DNA of 32,000 nucleotides from Corynebacterium amycolatum (lineage in GTDB: Bacteria > Actinomycetota > Actinomycetes > Mycobacteriales > Mycobacteriaceae), in the NCBI RefSeq assembly GCF_049243625.1, contig NZ_CP046975.1; one strand, 5' to 3'. Below the pieces are notes generated by a model. It saw nothing but the letters and a program-made list of their open reading frames with translations, made no database searches and was not told where the DNA came from. Of the stretch, positions 6,410 to 13,878 are shown piece after piece. Position numbers and translations under genes: made by a program. Positions within the stretch are counted from its first letter, which is position 1. Every line of letters begins with the position of its first letter.

Positions 6410-6496
6410 AAAAGTCCGGATGTGGATAACTGCTAAACCGGCTGACTTATCCACAGCCTGCCCTCATGGGCGTTGTCCCCCTACATCCGGACTTTT
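6410..6496. repeat. nested inverted-repeat element (14-bp outer arms, 9-bp inner arms that are DnaA-box 9-mers)
   Basis: Outer arms: AAAAGTCCGGATGT (6410-6423) / ACATCCGGACTTTT (6483-6496), perfect. Inner arms: TGTGGATAA (6421-6429) / TTATCCACA (6447-6455), perfect, with a 17-nt loop. There is also a small GCCC-TCAT-GGGC hairpin. Confidence 0.8.
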
Positions 6497-6508
6497 ACCT
6501 TCAAAGGC

Positions 6509-7726
6509 ATGACAGTTCTTGGGACGCTCGCCGCACTGGCCTCGCGCGGAATGGACACGCTGGCGGAACTCCACGCCGCGCGTCCCGACGGCCACGCCGC
6601 CACCTCCCACCTGGCGGCAACCCTCGGCCTTGACCCGGCGCGCCTTCGGCTGTTGCTACGCGTCGCCGCCCACTATCTCCAACCCGCTGACACCGAGGAA
6701 AACACCAAAGCCCGCGAAGACGCAGCAGCTCTGGCCCGCCGACTCGGGCTCAGCCTGGACACCTGCGTGCTTATCGACAAGCGCAGCCGCCAAGCCAACA
6801 ACGCAGAACTCCACGACAACCTGCGGCTCACATTCGTCGCGGCGGCCGAGCGTCTCGGCTTCGAAGAACTGGACCTCTACATGCGGGAAACTCTCACCGA
6901 GCTCAACACCGAAGACGAACCACCCCAGCACCTGCGCGCCCGGTTTTCCCGGAAGGTAGACATCCGGGGAATGAAGCACTTCCACATCTCCGGCCCCTCG
7001 GATATGCTCGACAATCTCCTGTCGCCGCTTACCATCCGCGCCGCAGAAATCCGGAAGTCCCATCCGGAGTTTTCCCACGACCGATGCGTCGGTCAGGCGC
7101 TTGCCGAACGCCTCGAGCATGCCGATGCCGCAATGCCCGTCGACAAGCTCGATGAAATGCGCTACCAACCCGCCATCATCATCACCGCGCAAGACATCGT
7201 CGACTACAGCCCGCGCTTCGCCGCCACCACCAACGGCTCCGCGCTCGCGCCCGACGTCTTCCTCAACGCCCTACTCGCCGACACCGGGTGGGCCGTGCTT
7301 TACGACGAACACAGCGCCATTACGGACTTATTTCCCATCGGCAACCCACGTCTGGCGACTGAAGAGCAGCGCATCGCGATGCTCATCGACAACCCCATCT
7401 GCGCCTGGCCCGGCTGTGAACGCCCCGCCTATAGCGGACAAGCGCACCACCTAGTCGCCCACAAAAACGGCGGCACAACCACGCTGGACAACCTCACCAT
7501 GGTCTGCCGAGAACACAACGGGCTTAACGACGACGACCGGGAAGGACGCAACGGCTACCTCGAACGCATCCCCACATCCGGACATATTCGATGGCGCCCG
7601 CCGGACAAAACTCGACCGCCTCTGTTTAGCAACTCATTTGTGACATCAATGTCCGGGAGGTCCTACGCGGGGTATCGAGCGGGTACGACGAGACAGCTCG
7701 GGCCGGAGCCACCACCTCCGGAATAA
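6509..7726 (+). CDS. HNH endonuclease with DUF222-like N-terminal region (REP13E12-type family)
   Basis: C-terminal HNH motif ..CAWPGCERPAYSGQAHHLVAHKNGGTTTLDNLTMVCREHN... The start is taken at ATG 6509; the longest ORF starts at TTG 6473, which would run through the inverted repeat. Confidence 0.85.
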   Translation: MTVLGTLAALASRGMDTLAELHAARPDGHAATSHLAATLGLDPARLRLLLRVAAHYLQPADTEENTKAREDAAALARRLGLSLDTCVLIDKRSRQANNAELHDNLRLTFVAAAERLGFEELDLYMRETLTELNTEDEPPQHLRARFSRKVDIRGMKHFHISGPSDMLDNLLSPLTIRAAEIRKSHPEFSHDRCVGQALAERLEHADAAMPVDKLDEMRYQPAIIITAQDIVDYSPRFAATTNGSALAPDVFLNALLADTGWAVLYDEHSAITDLFPIGNPRLATEEQRIAMLIDNPICAWPGCERPAYSGQAHHLVAHKNGGTTTLDNLTMVCREHNGLNDDDREGRNGYLERIPTSGHIRWRPPDKTRPPLFSNSFVTSMSGRSYAGYRAGTTRQLGPEPPPPE

Positions 7727-7740
7727 AACCCGGATGTACG

Positions 7741-7774
7741 GGAAAACCCGTCCTAGCGCACTGCTAGAACGGGT
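7741..7774 (-). terminator. intrinsic terminator of glyA
   Basis: On the minus strand, ACCCGTTCTAGC / GCTAGGACGGGT forms a 12-bp stem with one G-U pair and a 5-nt loop, followed by UUUUCC. It begins about 24 nt after the glyA stop. Confidence 0.65.
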
Positions 7775-7797
7775 ACTTGCGCTGCAAAAACGCAGAA

Positions 7798-9099
7798 TTA
7801 GATGAGGTTCCAGTCCTCGATGCCGTCGTAAAGCGGGAATTCCTGAGCGATCTTCGAAACACGAGCACGCAGGGAGTCGACATCCGCATTCTTGCCGGCG
7901 GCGAGAGCAGTACCGATGACATCGGCGACCTCGGTGAAGGCCTTCTCGTCGAGACCGCGGGTGGCCAGCGCCGGAGTACCGATACGAAGTCCAGATGTAA
8001 CCATCGGAGGACGCGGGTCAAACGGAACAGCATTCCGGTTGACAGTGATACCAACAGCATGGAGTAGATCCTCGGCCTCCTGGCCGTTCATCTCCGAATT
8101 GCGCAAATCCGCCAGAACCAGGTGGACATCGGTGCCGCCAGTGAGAACATCGACGCCAGCCTCGGCGCAGTCGGCAGCGGTGAGACGCTCAGCCAGGATG
8201 CGGGCACCGGCGAGAGTGCGCTGCTGGCGCTCCTTGAACTCCTCGGTACCAGCAATCTTCAGCGCCACGGCCTTGCCGGCGATAGCGTGCATCAGCGGGC
8301 CACCCTGCTGCCCCGGGAAAACAGCGGAGTTCAGCTTCTTGGCGTACTCCTGCTTGGCCAAAATCATGCCCGAACGAGGGCCACCGAGAGTCTTGTGAAC
8401 GGTGGTCGACACAACGTCAGAATGCGGAACCGGCGACGGGTGCAGACCGGCGGCAACCAAACCTGCGAAGTGCGCCATGTCCGTCCACAGCTTCGCGCCG
8501 ACCTCATCGGCGATGGAGCGGAAAGCTTCGAAGTCGAGGTGGCGCGGGTACGCCGACCAACCTGCGATGAGGACATCCGGCTTTTCTGCGAGCGCCTGCT
8601 CACGCACCTTGTCCATATCGATCCGCATGGTGTCCTTATCCACACCGTATGCGGCGACGTGGTAGAGCTTGCCGGAGAAGTTCAGCTTCATGCCGTGGGT
8701 CAGGTGACCGCCGTGTGCCAGGTCGAGGCCCATAATCTTGTCACCGGCGTTGATTAGCGCATGCAGAACGGCAGCGTTGGCCTGCGCGCCTGCGTGCGGC
8801 TGAACGTTGGCGAACTCAGCGCCGAAGAGCTCCTTGGCGCGGTTGCGTGCCATGTCCTCGACGATGTCGACGTATTCGCAGCCGCCGTAGTAACGACGAC
8901 CCGGGTATCCTTCGGCGTACTTGTTGGTCAGAACCGAGCCCTGAGCCTGCAGCACTGCACGTGGAACAAAGTTCTCACTAGCAATCATTTCGAGCATGTC
9001 ACGCTGACGAGAGAGCTCCCCTGCCATCGCCTCTGCGAGGTCGGGATCGAGTTCACGCAGCGATTGGTAGCGGACATCGTTATTGTTAGACCCGGTCAT
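7798..9099 (-). CDS. glyA: serine hydroxymethyltransferase
   Basis: 433 aa. PLP-lysine motif ..[14 protein letters not shown].. and full-length SHMT similarity. Confidence 0.97.
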   Translation of the reverse strand: MTGSNNNDVRYQSLRELDPDLAEAMAGELSRQRDMLEMIASENFVPRAVLQAQGSVLTNKYAEGYPGRRYYGGCEYVDIVEDMARNRAKELFGAEFANVQPHAGAQANAAVLHALINAGDKIMGLDLAHGGHLTHGMKLNFSGKLYHVAAYGVDKDTMRIDMDKVREQALAEKPDVLIAGWSAYPRHLDFEAFRSIADEVGAKLWTDMAHFAGLVAAGLHPSPVPHSDVVSTTVHKTLGGPRSGMILAKQEYAKKLNSAVFPGQQGGPLMHAIAGKAVALKIAGTEEFKERQQRTLAGARILAERLTAADCAEAGVDVLTGGTDVHLVLADLRNSEMNGQEAEDLLHAVGITVNRNAVPFDPRPPMVTSGLRIGTPALATRGLDEKAFTEVADVIGTALAAGKNADVDSLRARVSKIAQEFPLYDGIEDWNLI

Positions 9100-9248
9100 G
9101 AGTAGGTTTTCGACCTTTCAATAAAACTTCAATGCCACAGGCCATGCTAGCCCTTTATGGGGCAAACCACGAAAGCAGCACCATTCCAGCATGCCCCCTT
9201 TGTTGATCCGTTTTCCGGTTTTAGGCCCCCCTTGGCACAATTGGAGAT

Positions 9249-10184
9249 ATGACGCGCGCAACATCCCCCAGCCCGTACGTCGAGTTCAAACGCGAGCAGT
9301 GGCGCGAAATGCGCAAGAATATGCCTCTGGTGCTGACGGAAGAGGAAGCTGAACGACTTTCCGGTATCGGTGAAAACATCGACCTGGACGAAGTCGCCGA
9401 GGTCTATCTTCCGCTTTCTCGCCTGATTCACATGCGTGTGGCGGCGCATCGGGAGCTGAACGCTGTAACGTCGAACTTCCTTGGGGAAAATCCTTCGAAG
9501 GGGGCGTCGGTGCCGTTTATTATCGGCGTCGCGGGTTCGGTGGCGGTCGGCAAGTCAACGACGGCGCGTTTGCTGCAGGTACTGCTCGAGCGCTGGGAGA
9601 CTAATCCGCGGGTGGACTTGGTTACTACTGATGGCTTCCTCTACCCTTCTGAGGAATTGAATCGCCGTGGGATTATGCAGCGCAAGGGGTATCCGGAGTC
9701 GTATGATCAGCGTGCGTTGATGCGGTTTGTCACGGCGGTGAAGTCGGGGGCGCGGCATGTGAAGGCGCCGGTGTATTCGCACACGCTCTATGACCGGGTG
9801 CCGGATGAGTTCGTCGATGTCGATCGTCCGGACATTCTCATTCTCGAGGGGCTCAACGTTTTGCAGACGGGCCCGACGCTGATGGTTTCCGATCTTTTCG
9901 ATTTCAGTGTCTACGTCGATGCCCCGCGCGCGGACATCGAGCGTTGGTACATTAATCGTTTCCTCAGTCTCCGCCAGACGGCGTTTCGCGCTCCGGGCGC
10001 GCACTTCGCGGACTATGCAACACTTGACGACGAAGCTGCGGCCGAGGTGGCCCGACGCATTTGGCAGCAGGTGAACTTGCCGAACCTGACGGAAAATATT
10101 TTGCCCACTCGAGTGCGGGCGTCATTAGTTCTTACGAAGTCTCGGGACCACAAGGTTTCGAGGGTCCGGATGCGCAAACTCTAA
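9249..10184 (+). CDS. coaA: type I pantothenate kinase
   Basis: 311 aa. P-loop [18 protein letters not shown] and the PanK-I C-terminal region. Confidence 0.95.
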   Translation: MTRATSPSPYVEFKREQWREMRKNMPLVLTEEEAERLSGIGENIDLDEVAEVYLPLSRLIHMRVAAHRELNAVTSNFLGENPSKGASVPFIIGVAGSVAVGKSTTARLLQVLLERWETNPRVDLVTTDGFLYPSEELNRRGIMQRKGYPESYDQRALMRFVTAVKSGARHVKAPVYSHTLYDRVPDEFVDVDRPDILILEGLNVLQTGPTLMVSDLFDFSVYVDAPRADIERWYINRFLSLRQTAFRAPGAHFADYATLDDEAAAEVARRIWQQVNLPNLTENILPTRVRASLVLTKSRDHKVSRVRMRKL

Positions 10185-10207
10185 CATCCGGAAATTTTTC
10201 CGGATGT
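10184..10207. terminator. palindromic hairpin between convergent coaA and the isoprenyl transferase gene
   Basis: ACATCCGGAAA-TT-TTTCCGGATGT is a perfect palindrome. It overlaps the last base of the coaA stop codon (10184) and ends 8 nt before the stop of the minus-strand gene. Confidence 0.6.
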
Positions 10208-10214
10208 AGGGAGG

Positions 10215-11018
10215 TTATTTGCCGAAGCGGCGTGAGCGCTGCGAAAAGTCTCGAAGTGCGCGGAGGAAGTCGATGCGGCGGAACTCGGGCCAGTAGGTAT
10301 CGGTGAACCAAATCTCGGAGTAGGCGGTTTGCCAGAGAAGGAAGCCGCTGAGCCGCTGTTCTCCGGAAGTGCGGATGACTAGATCGGGGTCCGGTTGTCC
10401 GGATGTATAGAGGCGGCGAGAAATGGCGTCGGTGGTGATGCTCTCCTCGAGCTCGGAAGCATCAATTCCTTCGGCGACTGATTCCCGGATGATTCTGCGC
10501 ACCGCGTCGACGATTTCCTGCCGACCACCGTAGCCAACGGCGATGTTGACCTGGATGCCGGTGTTGTTCGCGGTGACTTCTTCGTCGTGGCGCAGCCGGG
10601 CGGTCATTCTTTCCGGAAGGAGCTCGAGGTGGCCGACCATGCGCAGGCGCACGTCGTTAGGCGATTGCGCCAATTCGTCGACGACGTCGGCGATGATGTC
10701 GAACAGTAACTCCAGCTCTTCGGGGTCGCGCCCGAGGTTTTCGGTGGAGAGCAGGTAGATGGTGACCAGCTCGATTTCCTGCTCGGCGCACCAGCCGACG
10801 AATTCTGCGATTTTGCGGGAGCCGACGCGGTGGCCGTGGCTTACGTCGGTGAAGCCAGCCTCCCTCGCCCAGCGGCGGTTGCCATCGGCCATGATGGCAA
10901 CGTGCTTGGGGCGAGGTTTTCCTTCTAGCTCTTGGGCTAGTTTGCGCTCGTAGAGCGGATACGCAATCCGCCGGAGTGAGGACGGCTGGTTTTCTTTCAC
11001 ATATGTAACTCTACCCAA
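10215..11018 (-). CDS. isoprenyl transferase (cis-prenyl diphosphate synthase, Rv1086/UppS family)
   Basis: 267 aa. Motifs ..HVAIMADGNRRWA.. and ..DLVIRTSGEQRLSGFLLWQ... It starts 20 nt downstream of the DAHP synthase stop, so it is probably co-transcribed. Confidence 0.92.
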   Translation of the reverse strand: MGRVTYVKENQPSSLRRIAYPLYERKLAQELEGKPRPKHVAIMADGNRRWAREAGFTDVSHGHRVGSRKIAEFVGWCAEQEIELVTIYLLSTENLGRDPEELELLFDIIADVVDELAQSPNDVRLRMVGHLELLPERMTARLRHDEEVTANNTGIQVNIAVGYGGRQEIVDAVRRIIRESVAEGIDASELEESITTDAISRRLYTSGQPDPDLVIRTSGEQRLSGFLLWQTAYSEIWFTDTYWPEFRRIDFLRALRDFSQRSRRFGK

Positions 11019-11038
11019 TGGGCACGGCCACTTTGTGC

Positions 11039-12130
11039 TTAGTCACGTGCCTGCCGACGCTTCCGGACTTCTGCCGCAAGCGTACGCAGCAGCCGGTCGG
11101 TGGTTTCCCAATCCATGCAGGCATCGGTGACGGACTTGCCGTATACGAGGCCATTACGCCCATCGGTAATTTTTTGCGCACCGGCTTCGAGGAAGGACTC
11201 CATCATGATGCCGGTGATGCGCTCGTCGCCGGCACCGATGAGCTTGCCGAGCTCCTCAACGACCTCGGCCTGGCGCACCTCGGATTTTCCGGAATTGGCG
11301 TGAGAGGCGTCCACCATGATGCTGATGGTTTGCTCGGCCTTGTTCAGGCGGGCTTCGGCGTCGTTAAGCGATGCCTCGTCCCAGTTCGGGCCGGAGGTGC
11401 CGCCGCGGAGAATGAGGTGGCAATTGTGGTTGCCGGCGGTTTCGACGACGGCGGCGCGGCCCTGGTCGTTCATGCCGAAGAAGAAGTGCGGGTTTGCTGC
11501 AGAGACCAGCGAGTCCACGGCGACCTGGACGTTGCCGTCGGTACCGTTTTTGAAGCCGATGGGCATGGAAAGTCCGGAAGCGAGCTGGCGGTGGACCTGC
11601 GACTCCGTGGTGCGCGCACCAATCGCACCCCAGGAGACGGCGTCGGCGATGTACTGCGGGCTGTTGGGCTCGAGGAATTCAGCGCCGACGGGCAGGCCGG
11701 TGCGCAGGACCTCGATGAGCACTTCGCGGGCCATGTGCAGGCCCTTGTTGATTTTGAAGGAGCTATCCAGGTCGGGGTCGTTGATGAGTCCCTTCCAGCC
11801 GACGGTGGTGCGCGGCTTTTCGAAGTAGACGCGCATGACGACCAGCAGGTCCTCGTCGAGCTCATCGGCGGTGGCTTTCAGGCGGCGGGCGTAGTCGATG
11901 GCGGCCTCGGGGTCGTGAATGGAGCACGGGCCGACAACGACCAGCAGGCGATCGTCCTCGCGGGCGATGACGCGGGCGATGTCGAGTCGCGACTGCTCCA
12001 CTTCGTTAACCAGGTTCGGGGTCAATGGCTGTTTGGCCATGACCTCTTCTGGGGAGGGCAGGTCGTGGAAGGCTACGACACGGCGGTTTGCGGTAGAGGC
12101 GGGGGCTTCGAGGGATGTGGGAGGGGTCAT
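11039..12130 (-). CDS. aroG: 3-deoxy-7-phosphoheptulonate (DAHP) synthase, class I
   Basis: 363 aa. Motifs ..LLVVVGPCSIHD.. and ..FEKPRTTVGWKGL.. are typical of AroF/G/H-type enzymes. Confidence 0.95.
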   Translation of the reverse strand: MTPPTSLEAPASTANRRVVAFHDLPSPEEVMAKQPLTPNLVNEVEQSRLDIARVIAREDDRLLVVVGPCSIHDPEAAIDYARRLKATADELDEDLLVVMRVYFEKPRTTVGWKGLINDPDLDSSFKINKGLHMAREVLIEVLRTGLPVGAEFLEPNSPQYIADAVSWGAIGARTTESQVHRQLASGLSMPIGFKNGTDGNVQVAVDSLVSAANPHFFFGMNDQGRAAVVETAGNHNCHLILRGGTSGPNWDEASLNDAEARLNKAEQTISIMVDASHANSGKSEVRQAEVVEELGKLIGAGDERITGIMMESFLEAGAQKITDGRNGLVYGKSVTDACMDWETTDRLLRTLAAEVRKRRQARD

Positions 12131-12187
12131 CGGGGGTCTCTTTTCTCTGGGGGATTAGTTACGCATGTAATTGGCTGTAGATACGAC

Positions 12188-12227
12188 AAAAGGCAGCGCC
12201 CCTAATTAGTTTGGGGCTGCTGCCTTT
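12188..12227 (-). terminator. intrinsic terminator inside the aroG 5' leader (attenuator terminator)
   Basis: On the minus strand, AAAGGCAGCAGCCCC / GGGGCGCUGCCUUUU forms 14 bp with one bulged A, a 10-nt loop and U4. It lies 57 nt upstream of the aroG ATG. Confidence 0.7.
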
Positions 12228-12270
12228 GGCTCCGGTTGGTGGCGACGTGACGATTAGCCGCCGGCTGTGA

Positions 12271-12324
12271 CTAGGTCGTCACTGCCTCCGGAGCCTTCGA
12301 AAAATAAAATCGCCACATACGCAT
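12271..12324 (-). CDS. 17-codon aromatic-rich leader peptide (aroR-type), MRMWRFYFSKAPEAVTT
   Basis: ATG 12324 .. TAG 12273-12271, with a Trp-Arg-Phe-Tyr-Phe run. A promoter-like TTGCGG-17-TACAGT ends 7 nt upstream, which would give a leaderless transcript. A terminator and aroG follow. Confidence 0.55.
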   Translation of the reverse strand: MRMWRFYFSKAPEAVTT

Positions 12325-12331
12325 GTGCTCG

Positions 12332-12360
12332 ACTGTAGCGCACCGCCTAGAATCCCGCAA
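12332..12360 (-). promoter_or_regulatory. candidate sigma-A-type promoter of the aroG leader
   Basis: On the minus strand, TTGCGG (12360-12355), a 17-nt spacer, then TACAGT (12337-12332). The A of the leader-peptide ATG lies 8 nt downstream of the hexamer. Confidence 0.4.
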
Positions 12361-12450
12361 TTCGAACTCCGAATCCCATCCTGTGGGACGCAATAAGGGG
12401 CACGCACGCATCGCCCGTCGCCAAGCGGCGCGCACACGCCTTGGCGTTAA

Positions 12451-12735
12451 CTACTCCGCTTCACGACGCTGCTCCGCTGCAGCCATCGCCTTATCCACAG
12501 CCTCGGAATCGAAGGGATCCATGCCGTGCGCCTCGGCGAACTTCCGGCGAGCGGCCATGCGCTTCGCGCGTCGCGAGAGATCCCAGCCGAGAGCCAGGAT
12601 GACGATGAGCAAAACGACAATGATGAGCAGGCCAACAGGAGAGGCCTTTCCGAAGTCAGCACCCCGCGGACCAGTGGGGTTCTGCGCCAGGAAAATTGTC
12701 GTGCGAGCCGCCAAGGCATCGAAGCTTTCAATCAT
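12451..12735 (-). CDS. small membrane protein (one TM helix), hypothetical
   Basis: 94 aa. The hydrophobic helix VGLLIIVVLLIVILALGW is followed by a basic/acidic tail. It starts 27 nt after the mca stop. This frame is preferred over the overlapping Ser/Arg-rich 12447-12731 frame. Confidence 0.6.
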   Translation of the reverse strand: MIESFDALAARTTIFLAQNPTGPRGADFGKASPVGLLIIVVLLIVILALGWDLSRRAKRMAARRKFAEAHGMDPFDSEAVDKAMAAAEQRREAE

Positions 12736-12762
12736 GAGTTCCAGCTTAGCGTTAATTCCGGA

Positions 12763-13632
12763 CTATTCCGCGTCGGGGTCGATACCGGCGAAGAGATCGG
12801 TCTCTGGCAGCTCGGTCTGCACTCGAGTGCGGGCAAGCTCAAACTCTTCGGTCGGCCAAACGCGCTGCTGAATGTCTACCGGCACGGCGAAGAATGGCCC
12901 GTTCGGATCGATCTGCGTAGCGTGCGCCAGCAGCGCCTGATCCCGCTGCTGGAAGTAATCGCCGCACTCAACCTGCGTGGTCACGCGGGTCATGATGTCG
13001 CCGGGGGTCTTAGTCCAACGGCGGAAGGACTCGGCCAGCGGGCTTTCCAAGCCGTTGTCGCGGTAGTAGTTGTCTAGCGCGATGAGACGCGCCTTGATGA
13101 AACCGTGGGTGTAGTAGAGTTTGGAAATTTCCCATGGTTCACCGAGCTCGGGGTACTTATCCGTTCCAGACTCCAGCCAAGCGCGCATGGACACGATATG
13201 GGTCATGATGTGGTCCGGGTGCGGGTAGCCACCGTTTTCGTCGTACGTAATGATGACGTGCGGACGGAACTCACGGATAGCTCGGATGAGAGGCTTGGTC
13301 GCATCCTCGACCGATTGGCGAGCAAACACACCGTGCGACAGCACCGGCACCGGGTTACCCGCAGGCAGACCGGAGTCGGTAAAGCCGAGCCACTCATGTT
13401 CAACGCCGAGAGTCTCAGCGGCTGCAGCCATTTCGTGAACGCGCACCGCGGCGATATTCTCGCGCACCTCCGGTCGATCCATCGCAGGGTTGAGAATGCT
13501 ACCGGCCTCACCGCCGGTGCAGGTCACCACTTTGACGCGATGCCCTTCCGCCGCATATCGGGCCATTGTTGCGGCGCCCTTGCTCGATTCGTCATCAGGA
13601 TGAGCGTGAATTGCCATCAGACGAAGTGTCAA
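12763..13632 (-). CDS. mca: mycothiol S-conjugate amidase (LmbE/PIG-L family)
   Basis: 289 aa. N-terminal ..LMAIHAHPDDES.. zinc-deacetylase motif, full-length Mca-like, in the conserved position next to greA. Confidence 0.92.
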   Translation of the reverse strand: MTLRLMAIHAHPDDESSKGAATMARYAAEGHRVKVVTCTGGEAGSILNPAMDRPEVRENIAAVRVHEMAAAAETLGVEHEWLGFTDSGLPAGNPVPVLSHGVFARQSVEDATKPLIRAIREFRPHVIITYDENGGYPHPDHIMTHIVSMRAWLESGTDKYPELGEPWEISKLYYTHGFIKARLIALDNYYRDNGLESPLAESFRRWTKTPGDIMTRVTTQVECGDYFQQRDQALLAHATQIDPNGPFFAVPVDIQQRVWPTEEFELARTRVQTELPETDLFAGIDPDAE

Positions 13633-13878
13633 TTGAAGTCACTCCCGCTACTATCTCAGTCCATGTTTTCTGGCCAAGGCCGGAGCCCTTCGACCGCAAC
13701 GATGCTACTACAGCACCGTTTCAATACCGCCCCACTATAGCGCTGCACCATCATATGACCACGCAGCATCGCTACTCGGCGGAACGACATAGCAGCAGGA
13801 CACCGCGCCACACCAGAAAGATTGTTTAACTGTCAACATTTTACCACGTCGACCGAGAACTCCGATAGGCTAAAAAGC

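Noticed and set aside
9100-9248. Looked for a riboswitch (ZTP/pfl or THF type) in the glyA 5' region and a SAM riboswitch before the MetP-like gene
   Set aside because: I could not find the conserved cores, for example the CCGCCUGGG-type pfl 3' element or SAM-binding junction sequences. The glyA leader is short and unremarkable. cmscan would be the proper test.
5951-10207. Apparent family of TCCGGATGT-containing repeats. ACATCCGGAAATTT occurs at 5951 and 10184, and CCCTACATCCGGA occurs at 6478 with its reverse complement at 10199-10211. Further copies lie at 6960, 7574, 7729, 8573, 10399 and 14053.
   Set aside because: Exact 13-14-mer coincidences are expected several times by chance among all position pairs in 32 kb on both strands. 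Several copies also fall in conserved coding motifs (glyA ..EKPDVL.., prenyl transferase ..LYTSGQPDP..), showing that the word arises by chance in this composition. Only the local inverted repeats are statistically meaningful. A genome-wide count would be needed to revive this idea.
11018-12205. 395-aa plus-strand ORF covering the whole DAHP synthase locus
   Set aside because: It is antisense to a CDS with unmistakable AroG motifs. Its translation is Gly/Ala/Val/Asp-rich low-complexity sequence, typical of shadow ORFs in high-GC DNA, and it has no RBS.
12491-12499. Third perfect TTATCCACA DnaA-box 9-mer
   Set aside because: It lies inside the small membrane protein CDS (codons ..AVDKAM..) with no partner box nearby. 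I treat it as coincidental unless DnaA ChIP says otherwise.
12447-12731. Alternative 94-aa frame overlapping the small membrane protein gene
   Set aside because: Its product is Ser/Arg/Trp-rich and implausible. The 12451-12735 frame gives a clean TM helix and sensible spacing after mca.
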